Positions 35,103-48,240 of a DNA stretch of 64,000 bases are shown piece after piece; the stretch's first letter is position 1; every line of letters starts with the position of its first letter. Position numbers and translations under genes: made by a program. Where the stretch lies: NCBI RefSeq assembly GCF_964213995.1, contig NC_135830.1:9424001-9488000 (forward strand). The letters are read 5' to 3'. The notes under the pieces are model-generated. The model made no database searches. It saw only the letters and a list, made by a program, of their open reading frames with translations, and was not told the origin of the DNA. Source of the stretch: Mustelus asterias. Taxonomy: Eukaryota.

Positions 35103-35118
35103 CCGACCAGAGGGCAGG
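35103..35118 (+). promoter_or_regulatory. Candidate CTCF-binding motif ~40 bp downstream of the IGHV RSS
   Basis: CCGACCAGAGGGCAGG vs CCACCAGAGGGCAG. Confidence 0.5.
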
Positions 35119-35675
35119 TTTTCAAACAAAAAATAGTTCACGACTGCCTTGTTAGGATGGACAATCAATGCTGATTTTGTCAGTAATGCTCACATCCAGA
35201 GAATGAATTAAAACAGGACAAAGTACTGCAGATTACGGAAATCTACAAAAACAACAAGAAATGTTGCTCAGCATGTTAGTGGGCATCAGAGAGAGAGATT
35301 CACATTCCAGGTCGATGAAAGGATGTAAATTCACATTGATATAATTCTTATGAGTACGACGGGCCTTCCGAGTATCCTGGACAAATGTCCAGTCCTCAAC
35401 TAAAATCGCAAATGCACTGGTGATTTATCATATTTCGGTGTATGGGAGCTTGCTGTGCACAAATTGCCTGCTGGATTTCTAACATTTCCACAGTGACTAA
35501 ATTCAGTAGAGGTTCATCAGTGAGTTATAAATGCTTTGGAACGACATAAGGTCAGGTAAAGCGTTTTAAAAATGCAAGTTATTTCCAAATGTTAACATTA
35601 TAAAACGCAACTTTCGATATGTTGAAAGCTCCAAGAATTAATGCAATTGCAGCTACCTCTCTGCCTGATCAAAGA

Positions 35676-35995
35676 ATCATAGAATCCCTACAGCGCAGAA
35701 GGAGGCCATTTGTCCCATTGAATCTACACTGGCTCACCATCATAGCATCCTACCAAGCCCACCCTCTACTCTATTCCCACATATACACCCGCTATTCCCC
35801 CCATCCTACACATCCTTGGACACTTAGGGGCAATTTAGCATGGCCAATCCAACTAACCTGAACATCTTTGGGCAGCAGGCAAAAACTGGAGCACCCGGGT
35901 TAAACTCACATGGAATTGGGGAGAATATGCACAGTCACCCAAGGCTGGAATCGAACCCGCTTCCCTGTCGCCGTGACGCAGAAAGTATAACTGTA
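35676..35995 (-). mobile_element. Decayed HE1-like V-SINE
   Basis: Reverse SINE tail, core and head. Absent from the paralogous site at about 22095. Confidence 0.8.
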
Positions 35996-38254
35996 CCTCT
36001 GTAATGATACACATTCTGGGTTTCCTATTCTTCTCTCGATGTGAGTGTGATACTGCACACATGCTTTAACTTGCTCAGTTTATCTCGATTATCGTCAATC
36101 AGATTGATACATTGTGGAATACCAGCCTGTTCACAGACGCTTTATTTGTTGTGACATCAGAGCTTTCAAAACTAATTCTTAATTGGAATGTATATTTTAT
36201 TTAAATTAAATAGCATCTGGTCTAATGAATGTTCTAGAAATTTCTATTCATTTTGAACCAACTGCCGATATGCTAAAAAATACACTGCAATTGTGTTGAA
36301 TAAAGAAGCGATTGGTTGTCACTTGGTTGTGCTGCTATAAACAATTTGCATTGCTGCCAGTTATGTATTTATGTAAATAAACACAGCAGTAGAATTCCCA
36401 AATAAGATTGTTCACTGACAAAAATACAACAAATATTTCCCCGCCAACAGCACAGAAATAAAGGCAAACATGTAAATAAATCAACGGATTCGAGCAGCGA
36501 CTGCTTTTCGACATTGTGTCGCATCATTAGATATCTATGTTCAGAATTAAGAAATGTTCCCTCTAATCTCGGAATAAAATGACACGGCCAGTGTGTTTGT
36601 GAAGATTTCCTGTGTTTCATCTCTCTGTGTCTTGTCTCTCCATGATGGATCATTGTCTTCACTCCACAACATGAAGTCAACATCTGCCCAATATATTCTT
36701 TCAGCCCGAGCCATAGGCGTGTAAAATGATCTAATTCAATGGATTGGAATTCCGAGAGGAAGTTTGACTCAAAAAAGTACGTTGAGCGTTCAATGACCTT
36801 GGAGTATCTGATAGAATTATAGTGGAGATTTTCCTCGTTCCCTAACCTGGGCTGTTCTTAGTGGTAAGGAGTTGATATGGCAGTACCGGAGGAACTTTCC
36901 CTTGATCTAAACCATGTTATCCCTCCCCTTGGAGGTTTTTATTCGACAGTGCATAGGAATATTTACCCTGCATCTAACCTGCACTGTAGCTGCCCCGCGA
37001 ATGTTCGATATGACTTTGTAATGGGAAATTCAATCTCTCTTGTACGAGGCCTGGGTGCGTTTGATGGAACTGCAAAGATGGCTCTTTACCCTGTGCCGAA
37101 CAACCAATGGCTACCTACCTCGAGAACCTCGAAGGAAGAGCGCAGAAGAGACATTTCCTAGCATAGGGCTCCTGATCTGCATGCCTTCTTTGTGTTTGAG
37201 CGGACTTTGGAGAGGGAGTTTCACTGTGTTTCTAAACAGTCTACCGGTTCTGGGAAAGCTTGCCAGTTTCCAGAGAATTTCTCTTCGTATCGAACCCGTG
37301 CTGCACCACCCTTCAGAGTGTTTGATGTGGCGATGAAGAGAGAGCCTTATGTTCTATACCTAGTCCCATGATCCTCCTCGCTGGGACTATTTCATGGGAC
37401 AGTAGGCCCTGTCTCAAAATTGCACAAGGAATTTATTTATCAATCTATATCTCCTCTGCACCCTTTCCAATTCTTACAAATCCTTCCTATAATGTGGCGA
37501 CCAGAACTGTACACAGTACTCCAAGTGGCAAGTTATTTCAATATTTATATTTGCCACTGTGTCAGTTCATATTGAATTAGGCCCTGCTTCTTCTTATATT
37601 ACACTAGAACCTGTCTCTATTTATCTTGAATAGAATATATTTTCTTGTTCGTATAAAACAAGAAACCGTGTCCGTTTCTATTACACGTCCCCATGTCCCT
37701 ACTTATACTAAACTAGACCCCGAATCATCTATATTATCTTGACCTGTCTCTATTTGTATCAAACTAGATTGGGCCTCACTTCTGCAATTGACGATGTCCA
37801 TATTTATATTACATTGCAGACGGCCTCAGTTATAATGCCCAATAATGTGGAAAGTGGCTGCGGAACACAATTGTCTGCATCATCCAACATACAACTCTGT
37901 GGAGTAGAAATTTGCCTTGGGCATTCTACCAGAAGAAGAAATCTAAATTCTTATCTGGTGACTACAATACCCCGCTTGGCATGCACTGTTGATCCATACT
38001 GTCCGCTTCAGCATCTTGTTGCATACGATAATTTTTTATCGCAACATAATAATGTATCATTTATCTCTTCTCTGCTCAAAACCGTGGAATAATGCAGCCA
38101 TAATTCAAACAGAGGCATAGTCTAGTGTAGTAATAGCAATGTCCTGATCAAATGAAATACAGACAAAATTCGGATTAAATATTATATACACAGGGATCGT
38201 GTCTAGTGTAATATAAACATAGGACATAGGTTGGGGCATAGGACATACATTGGG

Positions 38255-39097
38255 ACACAGATAAGCTGTAGAGCTGGGCTGAGAGGTGGCAAATTGAGTT
38301 CAATGCGGAAAAGTGTGAGGTGATTCACTTTGGAAGGAGTAACAGGAACACAGAGTACGGGGCTAATGGTAAGATACTTGGTAAAGTGGATGAGCAGAGA
38401 GATCTCGGTGTCCATGTGCATAGATCCCTGAAAGTTGGCACCCAGGTTGATAGGGTTGTTCAGAAGGCGTACGGTGTGTTAGCTTTTATTGGTAGAGGGA
38501 TTGAGTTTCGGAGCCATGAGGTCATGTTGCAGCTGTACAAAGCTCTGGTGCGGCCGCACTTGGAGTATTGTGTACAGTTCTGGTCGCCACATTATAGGAA
38601 GGATGTGTAAGCATTGGAAAGGGTGCAGAGGAGATTTACCAGGATGTTGTCTGGTATGGTGGAAAGGTCTTATGAGGAAAGGCTGAAGTACTTGAGGCTG
38701 TTTTCGTTAGAGAGAAGAAGGTTAAGAGGTGACTTAGTAGAGGCACACAAGATGATCAGAGGATTAGATAGGTTGGACAGTGAGAACCTTTTTCCTCGGA
38801 TGGTGATGGCTAGCACGAGGGGACAGAGCTTTCAATTGAGGGGTGATCCACACTTGGAGATAGAAATAGGAAAGATATCAGAGGGAGGTTCTTTACTCAG
38901 AGAGTAGTAAGGGCGTGGAATGCCCTGCCTGCAACAGTAGTGGACTCACCAACATTAAGGGCATTTAAATGGTCGTTGGATGAACATATGGATGATATTG
39001 GAATAGTATAGGTTAGATGGGCTTTAGATTGGTTTCACAGGTCTGCGCAACATCGAGGGCCGAAGGGTCTGTACTGCGCTGTAATGTTCTATTTTCT
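38255..39097 (+). mobile_element. CR1 LINE 3' fragment
   Basis: [37 protein letters not shown]. Confidence 0.92.
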
Positions 39098-42000
39098 AAA
39101 CTATGTTTTGGTCAGGATCGAGTTCATTAGAATTTAATGAGCTATTAGTTTAACACTGACAGGGTCAATTTTAATCTAAACAGAGGCCTAATCCAGTAAA
39201 ATAGAAATAAGGTAGTGCCAAGTGCCTTGTGGGCTAGTTAAAGGCTAAACACTTGTCTTTCCAGTGACATCCACATCCCATGACACAAACATTGAGAAAT
39301 GTGAATGACTTCGTCTCTGACAAGAAAAATCGAGACGGTGGCTCGTGCAGTTTAACTGGATACAGAGGTTTGTGTGATATTAACTGAGATGGAGCCTAAT
39401 GTCCTAGCATCAATTATTGATACAGGACATAGACTGAAATAAACTGAGACAAAGAGAGTGCATTAATAGTAATTATTGATATGGTATCTAGAATGGTACA
39501 CACTGAGATATGGACAATGCAGCAATTAGAGGAGTCACATAATACAATAACATTGTAGACAGAGCATGGTGTTCAATAAAAAATATATGGACTGATGTAG
39601 CATTAATGAAAAGAGAATCCAGTTTATTAGAATTTAGTGAGCTATTAGAGTAAGAACTGTGACCGAACAGTGTGTAATGCAAGAAGGGTGTGATCCCAGT
39701 TCCGGATATACAGATAACCGTTCTGATGTAGTAAGAATTGAGACACAGCCTCTTGCCAAATTAACCGAGACTGTGTTCCATGCAGTCATAACTAAGAAAG
39801 TATCATGTAAATAGGGCCTTGGCATTGTATATCAATAGCTGATATATCGAGCTGAGTGCAGAGAAAGCTGAGCTAGGTCCTGCTGTAACGTGATCGAGGC
39901 ACGGCCTAGTATAATACAGACAGAAGCAGGGGCTCAATGAATATAAGAAGACAAAAATGTTTTAGATTATTTAATGGGATTTTGGTGTTACTGGTAAAAT
40001 CAGTGAAACCTTATATTCCTTTGAGAATGTGGTGGTGAGCCTTGTTCTTGAACCATTGAATTCGATATTGAGTAAGTAAACCCACAGTGCTAATTGGAGG
40101 GAGTTTCAAACTTTTGATCCAATGACAGTGAAAGGTTAGAGATATAGTTCCCAGTCAAGATGGTGCGTGGATCTTATCGGCACTTGCAGGTAATTGTATT
40201 CTCACGCATCTGCTACCCTTGTCCTTTTAAGTGTCAGAAGTAATGGGTTTGGTAGTTGAGGAATGATTTGCTGCTGTACATTTGCTCATGGTTCACAATG
40301 CTACAATTGTGCATCTGTGATGCAGGGAGTTAAGTTTAAAGTGGTGGGTGGGATGTTCATCGAGACAGATACTTTTTCCCAGATGGTGTGGAGCGTTTTG
40401 AGTGGCACAAGTTTGACAAGTTGAGACTTTTGCCTTGTGGATGATGGATAGGGTTTGGAAATTTAGTAGGTGAGTTGTTCACCGCAGAACTCCTATCCTC
40501 TGATCTGTTCATATAGCAAAATTATTGAAGTGTCAGTCTCAGTTCAGTTCATTTTTAATTATAATTACCAGGATGTTGGTGGTGAGGAATTTAGCAATGT
40601 GTAATACCATTCAATGTCAAGATAAGATGTTTGGAATTTCGCTTATTGGAGCAGTTCAATGTTACTTGCCGCTCATTAGCCCAAGACTGAACCTTTTCTA
40701 AGTCTTACTGCAAATAGACACAGATTGTTTCAGTATCTGGGGAATCCCGCAACTGGTGCTGAACTTTGTGCAATTATCAGTGCACATCCCTCTTCTGAAC
40801 TCTGCCGAAGGCTGAGGCTTGGAGCGAGGTTATTATCGTGAGGAACGTCTGCAGAACAGCCCTGTGACTCAGATGATTGGCCTTTAACAGCTTAAACTAT
40901 CATCCTTTGTGCTCAGTATTACTCCAGTCAGTGAACTGTTTTCCCCGTTTCCCATTTTGCTCGGGCTCCTTAATACCACACAGGGTCAATTGCCTTTAAT
41001 TTAAAGCTCTTTAATTTAAATATTCTATTTATATTTCGACTGGTTGTAAATCATTCTGGAACTGAGTGCTCTTGGCGGGACCCAAATCTTTGAGCAGGCT
41101 ATTGCTGAGTCAAAGCCATTTGATAGGATCATCCTTGAAAGTTTTCAATGTGGTGATCGAGTGAGGACTGATTGGGCAGTAATTGGCCAGGTTGTATTTG
41201 CCCTTGTTTTTGCACCAGGGCATGTCTGCCAATTTTTCACACAGTTGAGCAACTGTCAGTATTGCAACTGCACTTGAACATATTGGCTGGGACACAGCTA
41301 GTTCCAGAGAAGAAGTCTTAATTACAAGTGCTGAAATATTGTCAGGCCCAATTAGCTTTTCACTATCCAATGCACTCAGCATGATCATGTGATGTGAATC
41401 AAATTGCCGGAAGACTGGCCTTGCGATGTTGGGAGTCACCTTGAGGAAGCCGAAATGGATCATCCTCTTGGCACTTGTGGCTAAAGGTTGTAGCAAATGG
41501 TTCAGTCTTGTTTTTTGCTCTGATGTGCCGGATCACCATCATTCAGGGCGGTTACTTTTCTTGAAGCTCCTGCTATTGTTCAATTGTTATTTGTTCAATT
41601 GACCATCACTATTCACGACTGGATTTAGCAGGTCTGGAGAGGCAGATCCTGGAGAGGCAGAGGCCCAGGATGAGTTTAAATCCAACCATTGTAACTGGTG
41701 GAATTTCAATTCTATTAATAAATCTGGAATGCAAAGTAAAGACGACCAAGGAAACTTCCCTGATTCCCCACTGAAGGAAATCTGCAATCCTTACGTGGTT
41801 TCACCTGGATGTGATTCCAGGCGGTCGGCAGTATGGTTGACCCTTCAATGTCTTCTCTGAACCACTCAGTCCAAAGAAACTGAGGGCAGGCAAAAAATGC
41901 TGGACTTTCCACCAATTTCCATCTCCCTGGAAGGAAAAGGGAAAGTAAACACAAACTTACATGTTTATGTATTACAACATATATCCTCTCTCTGAATCAT

Positions 42001-42419
42001 CTCTCACAGTCTGTCTATATTTTTTTCTATCCATCCATTACAATATCCTGATGTGCTGGAAAAATCATCATTTTTGCAAGCAGGGAAGCTCGATAATTTT
42101 CATTTCCTGAGAGATGGCAATATTTCACATAGGTTTACAACTTTAAAAGATAAATTTCTTCCAGTACTGTTGCTGGGCAGATTTGTTTATAAATAGGCCT
42201 CATTGACAATGTTGCGTGCTTGAGTTTGGCTTGCAGCCAAGCGGTCAGTACTGAGGAAACAGCCCTTTGATTTACTGAACTAACACCATCAGATGCTTCC
42301 TGTATATAACTTTAGGCTTTTGGTAGCAAGCTGGATTGCTGCCAAATACTGTGTGGGACAGAGTAGCGTTAATATGAAAAGACAAAATGGAATTTAGCCA
42401 TTTAGTCAATAAATGTTTC

Positions 42420-43895
42420 ACAAAATTAGGAAGGATATGGCCAAGGAAGACTGGAACGAGTTATTTGTGGGGAAATCTACCGAAGAGCAGTGGGGGGTAT
42501 TCAGAGAAGAAATGGGGAGGTCACAGACCCAACATGTTCCCTCGAGGGTAATAGGAAGCTATAACAAACCCAGGGAACCATGGATGATCAGAGAAATTCA
42601 GGGTACAGTGAGAAGGAAAAGAGAGGTTTTTAACAAGCATAAGGAGAGTAAGTCTGTGGAGGCATTAATGGAGCACAAAAGTGCAGGGTGGAACTTACGA
42701 AATCAATTAGGAGAGCAAAGAGGGGATATGAGAAAGCTCTGGTGTTAAATGTCAGGAGAATCCTAAGGTGTTCTAAAAGTATATCAATGGGAAGAGGATA
42801 ACCAGGGAAAGAATAGGGCCCATTATGGATCAAGGGGGAAATCTGTGGGTAGAGGCAGAGGACATTGGTAGGGTGTACATGAATATTTCACACCTGTCTT
42901 CACCCATGAGGAGGAGGTAGCTATAGAACACGTGGAGAGAGACTGTGAGGCTCTCGAGAATATTACCATAGAGAGTGACGAGTTATTGGAGGTATTGGCG
43001 GGTTTAAAAGTGGAGTGATGAGGACCGTCAGAGGATACCGCAGGATATAGATCGGTTGGAGACTTGGGTGGAGAGATGGCAGATGGAGTTTATTCCGGAC
43101 AAGAATGAGGTAATGCATTTTGGAAGGTCTAATACAGATGGGGAAATATACAGTAAATTGCAGAACCCTTAAGCTATTGATAGGCAGAGGGATCTGGGTG
43201 TACAGGTACACAAGTCACTGAAAGTGGCAACGCAGGTGGAGAAGGTAGTCATGAAAGGAATACGGTATGCTTGCCTTCATTGGCCGGGGCATTGAGTTTA
43301 AAAATTGGCAAGTCATGTTGCAATTTTATAGCAACTTTGTCCGGCTGCACTTGGAATATAGTATTCAATTCTGGTCGCCGCACGACCAGAAGGATGTGGA
43401 GGCTTTGGAGAGGGTACAGAAAAGATTTACCAGGATGTTGCCTGGTACGTAGGGCATTAGCTATGAGGAGAGGTTGGGGAAACTTTGTTTGTTCTCAAAG
43501 GAACGACGGAGGCTGAGGGGCGACCTGATAGTCGTCCACAAGATTAAGAGAGGCATGGACAGAGTGGATAGTCAGAAGCTTTTTCCCAGGGTGGAAGAGT
43601 CAAATATTAGGGGGCACAGGTTTAATGCGTGGGGAGCAAAGTTGAGAGGAGATGTACGAGGCAAGTTTTTTTTTTACGAAAGGGTGGTGGGTGCCTGGAA
43701 CTCGCTGCTGGGGAAGGTAGTAGTAGCAGATACGATAGTGACATTTCAGGTGTGTAATGACAAATACACGAATAGGATGGGAATAGAGGGATATGGTCCC
43801 CTGAAGGGTTAAGGGTTTTAGTTCAGTTGGGCAGTGTGGTCAGTGCAGGCTTAGAGGGCTGAAGGGCCCGTTCCTGTGCTATAATTTTCTTTGTT
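42420..43895 (+). mobile_element. CR1 LINE ORF2 fragments (internally deleted)
   Basis: EDWNELFVGKSTEEQW..PWM..; MLAFIGRGIEFK..HLEYSIQFWSP..ERVQKRFTRM. Confidence 0.9.
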
Positions 43896-45069
43896 CAAGA
43901 ACAACGAGAAATATTCGTAAAAATAAGCACACTATCTTCGCTGACACTCCAGTCTGACATTGAGGGACTGCTGCACTCTGTCACACAGTGTCCTTCACAT
44001 GGAGCTTGTGGAGGCTCTGGCCACACCCTTCCAATCCTCCTTGTAGAGCAGTGTCGCCAAAGGACAGAGAGATTGTAAATATTACATCCCTGTTCAAAAA
44101 CACAACAATTGCAGAACAATCAGCTTAACATCAGCTGTGGGGAAAAATGAAACCAATAATCTGGGATGCAATCAACTGGTACTTGGAAAAGTATGGATTA
44201 TTATTTTCATCATTTTCTGTTTTTAACACTGAAATCTCCCTGGATCTTAAGGCTGGGAGAGACCTTCTGGAAGGTATGGGGAGCTGAGACTTGTCTGAGA
44301 CTGAAATCATTTGAGTTAGAAAGAAGAAAAGATCCAATATTAGAACAGTCGGTAACAGGACATCAATTAATCTCCTCTTCTCCTGAAGGAATCACGGACT
44401 TTAAACACCGTGTATTTGAAACAAAGCTGATTCATTAAACAGACATCAAGATATTAAACTCCCGGCCAGTAACATAGATTAATTACATCGTAAGAAATAA
44501 ACGTTAATTGTTGAATGAAGATGATTGAGAGGAGATTAATAGAGGTATTCAAGATTCTGAGGGGTATGGGCAGGTGAAATAGTGAGCAAATGTTCCCACC
44601 AAGAGAACATCAAGAGCTAGACGGCATAGATTTACATCAATGGGGAAAACAGAGTAGAAGTGATATGAGCAAAAATCTTTTCAGGTTGAATGTGGTTGGA
44701 GTCTGGAATAAACTTCTGAGACGGCGATGGAGGCGGCTTCGATCAAGGTACTCAAAAGACAATTGGATTCTTATCTGAAAAGAATATGCAAGGTTACTGG
44801 GGTAAGGCTCTTCCAGAGAGCCCGTGCAGACTCGATGGCCTGAATGGCTTCGTTCTGCACTGGAAATATTCTGTGATGAGAGTTCCAGAATGATGGGGAA
44901 AGATTACAGACAACGGCTCATAAATGGACACTGCAACCCGAGAACACAATCAGCTGAAGATCCAGAATATTAAACTCCAGCCCAGTTACAGGGGTTGTTA
45001 ACATCAGCAGAAACAGACCCCAAATGTCAGAATGAATGTGGCTCACTCCTGGATGTGATTAACAGCAGC

Positions 45070-46105
45070 AGCTACAGCAGAATCCACTCCCTGCACTCAC
45101 TCGTGAAGTCATTGGTGTGTGACCAGGTGGGAGGAGGTGGTGAACCCCTTCCCACACTCTGAGCAGGTACATGGTCTCTCCCCAGTGTGAAGTCGCTGAT
45201 GTGCTTTGAGGCTGGATGAATGTCTGAGGTTCTTTCCACAGTCAGTGAGTTCACCTCTCCTCAGTGTGAACTCGCTGGTGTTTCACGAGGTTGGATGAAT
45301 TAATGAACCACTTCCCACACACGAAGCAAGTGAACGGCCTCTCCCTGGTGTGAACTCTCTGGTGTAATTCGAGGTTATGTATCTGGATGAATCCCTTCCC
45401 ACACACAGAGAAAGTGTACAGTCTCTCTCCAGGGTGATCTCGCTGGTGTAATGTTAGGCAGGATGTTTGAGTAAATTCCTTCCAACACACGGGTCAGGTG
45501 AAGGGTCTCTCCCCAGTGTGGGTGTGTCGATGTGTTTCCAGTTTGGATGAGCAAGTGACTGCTTTCCCACAGTCCCCACATATCCACAGTTCCTCTGTGG
45601 TGTCGATACCATCATGTTTCTCCACATTAGATGATAAGTTGAAACCTCGTCCATATACAGAACATGTGTATGGTTGCTCCCCGCTGTGAATGTTGCAATG
45701 TTTTTGAATTTGAACAAAGGAATAAGTAGCCAAATTCAGCCTTTCGAGCCTGCTCCGCCATTCAATCAGATCATGGCTGATTTCTCCTTCGTCTCAAATA
45801 TAGGCGCCTGGTCACAAATCTTTCAGGCTTTGTAACTGGATAAAGCTTTTTCCAGAGTCAGTTCACTGGAAAACTCTCACTCGGATGTGTGTGTGTGTGT
45901 GTGTGTTGTGGTGGCGGGGGGGGGGGGGGGGGGTGGAGGGGGGGGGGGTGCTTTAGAGTCACACTGATGTTTGAAATCGTTTCCCACGGACAAAACAAAC
46001 ATTTCTCATTCCACATGCAAAGGCTGACAGTGTTTAGCAGCTGATGAATCGAGCCATTGGTAAATCTTGGTGTGAGTATTGGTTTGTGATTTCACTTCAA
46101 ATATC
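45070..46105 (-). pseudogene. C2H2 zinc-finger array gene, disabled (main exon)
   Basis: Acceptor ttttgtAG at 46106. Fingers with TGE(R/K)P linkers: [85 protein letters not shown]. Stops, a LINE-tail insertion (about 45712-45808) and a (TG)n/poly-G expansion (about 45886-45950) disable it. Confidence 0.88.
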
Positions 46106-46516
46106 CTACAAAAGGAGTTAACAAAATTACTCAGTTCAGGACAGAAATTCAAAACAGACAATTCTAATATCTGGAACATGTTTTCTTCTCTTGTTCCCCC
46201 AAATCTCTAAATCTCTGCCCCACATGATCTCCCTCCTCTCTGGGCTGAAATGCAAAGAATGTGCTGCTTATTCTTTCAGTATCCTTTTGAACAAATTGTA
46301 TAAATCACTTCAAGGCCTCGTTCCTCCCTATCTCTCAAATCCCCTTTTGCTTCATAATCTTCCTTGGTATCTACACTGCTCTAATTCTCGCTTCTTGAGC
46401 ATTCTGTACTTTAATCGCTCGACCATTTGTTACCAGGCCGTCAATTTCCCCGGCTCCAAGGTCGGAAATTCTCTCCCGAATTTCTCCATCTGTCTCCCTC
46501 CCTTTCCTGCTTTAAA

Positions 46517-46832
46517 TGGCGACACGGTGGCCCAGTGGTTAGCACTGCTGCTTCACAGCGCCAGGGGCCTGCGTTTGATTCCCGGCTTGGGTCGCTGTCT
46601 GTGTGGAATTTGCACGTTCTCCCCTGTGTCTGCGTGGGTTTCCTCCAGGAGATCCGATCTCCTCCCACAGTCTAAAGAGGTGCGGGTTAGGTGGATTGGC
46701 TGTGCTAAATTGTCCCTTAGTGTCAAGAGGACTAGCTGGGATAAATACGTGGGGTTATGGGAATAGGGCCTGGGTGGAATTGTGGTTGGTGCAGACTCGA
46801 TGTTGCGAATGGCCTCCTTCTGCACTGTAGGA
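46517..46832 (+). mobile_element. HE1-like V-SINE ending in (TA)n (46834-46857)
   Basis: ggcgacacggtggcccagtggttagcact head and full core. Confidence 0.9.
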
Positions 46833-47730
46833 TTATATATATATATATATATATATATTGCTGTAAAAAGGGCATGCTCTCCTTGTATTCATCAGAACAA
46901 ATTCCAGAATACCAAATTTCAAAAATATCACTCATGCTCATTTACACGTGCCCAAAGCTACATATATTCATGGACAAGAACCTGTCCTCTGCAGGTCAAA
47001 GGAAAAGCCTGGGGGGGCGGCGGTGGGTGGAGGGTGGGGGGGGGGGGGGGCGCGGTGGGTTGACAGCTCCTTCACTTGTTCTCCATAGCAATGGCTAGAC
47101 TAATCAGAACTGACTGGCCAATCAATGGTCCTTTGCTTACACAGTATAAATTGTTGTTCCCTTTGGAATCTTGATGAGAGCAATATGAAAAGCTTTAACA
47201 CCATGCCTCTTTTTTCAGCAATACTTAGGTTTTGTACTATCTGCCTACGATTTAAGACACTCCTTAAAATAAACCACTTTTCCCAAGCTTTAGATTGCAA
47301 TAGTTTTAGGAATGTCTCAAATGTCCACAAACTTGCCTTCGAACAAAGAACAAACAAAGAACAATACAGCACAGGAACAGGCCCTTCGGCCCTCCAAGCC
47401 CGCGCCGCTCCCTGGTCCAAACTAGACCATTCTGTTGTATCCCTCCATTCCCACTCCGTTCATATGGCTATCTAGAACGGAGTGGGAATAGAGGGATCAC
47501 TTGTTTGAAAAAGTCCTGATGCGTCGATGCGTCTGGCTTTCTCACTTTGTTTTATAATGTTCCTGTGAAATGCACTGGGTGACTGGTGATGTTAAAGGTG
47601 TTATATAAATACAAGTTGCTGCTGACTGTAACCCTGGAATCCTGTTTTACAACAATGCATTGATTTCACAACAAATTCTATCTCCGATATTTTGTCCTCT
47701 GTGGATGATTCATTCGGGTTTGCCCAATTT

Positions 47731-47856
47731 CAAGATGGCGGACACGCATGCGCCCCGAAACTTACTGCCCCATGAATTCGACACACACGCATGCGCCTTG
47801 GCGCTCACTGCCTTCTTTCAGAATGGCGGATGTTAACTCCGGAAGCCTCCGGAAGG
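47731..47856. promoter_or_regulatory. Cluster of YY1, NRF1 and ETS motifs (promoter-proximal or first intron of the ZNF gene)
   Basis: CAAGATGGCGG (47731), ACGCATGCGC twice (47744, 47787), CAGAATGGCGG (47819), CCGGAAG twice (47839, 47849). Confidence 0.65.
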
Positions 47857-47993
47857 CCCGAGGATTTTGTTTGTGAAGCCTCAGAACCCACCAACAGGCT
47901 CAATATTTGTTTCCGGTTCTACTTCGGGCTCTGCAACCGTACTGAGTCTTGGTAAAAATCTCCATTTAAAACCCGCTCGCTTGACCTCCTTAC

Positions 47994-48118
47994 CGTCTGT
48001 CTCCAGGGATTGCACATGCTCCAGCTGCAAACCCGGATGGGGCCGTTAACCTGGGCCTGTTCCCGGGAGGGAGGGAGAAGCCCCGCAGCTGCAATCCAGG
48101 GAGCTGACATTGATTCTG
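47994..48118 (-). other. Probable first exon of the ZNF gene
   Basis: GC-rich segment ending in the donor ACG|GTAAGG (GT at 47993-47992), next to the promoter core. Confidence 0.5.
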
Positions 48119-48240
48119 AAGGACTTGTTTCACGTCACAATGCCCGGGGACTGATTGACGGCACCTCCGAACCGATAGGAAGAGGGGGTGGGGCTAGAAA
48201 TGTGAGGATTTGAAAACACTTTGCGGATCCGCAAACCCTC
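48119..48240. promoter_or_regulatory. Promoter core between ~80-bp inverted repeats
   Basis: TCACGTCA (CRE/ATF), CTGATTGA (CCAAT-like) and GGGGGTGGGGC (GC/GT box). The flanks 48035-48118 and 48241-48319 are near reverse complements. Confidence 0.6.

Larger units (their letters stand above)
35040..42420 (+). repeat. Segmental duplication copy B (paralog of about 20265-32940)
   Basis: See copy A. The two copies differ mainly by copy-specific SINE, LINE and Penelope insertions. Confidence 0.85.

Noticed and set aside
35489-35520. CACAGTG as a D-segment RSS downstream of the IGHV
   Set aside because: No nonamer at 12 or 23 nt. It lies in an old SINE-like tail, and the paralog reads gactgtg.
43984-44025. 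CACAGTG heptamer
   Set aside because: No nonamer and no Ig-like coding sequence upstream.
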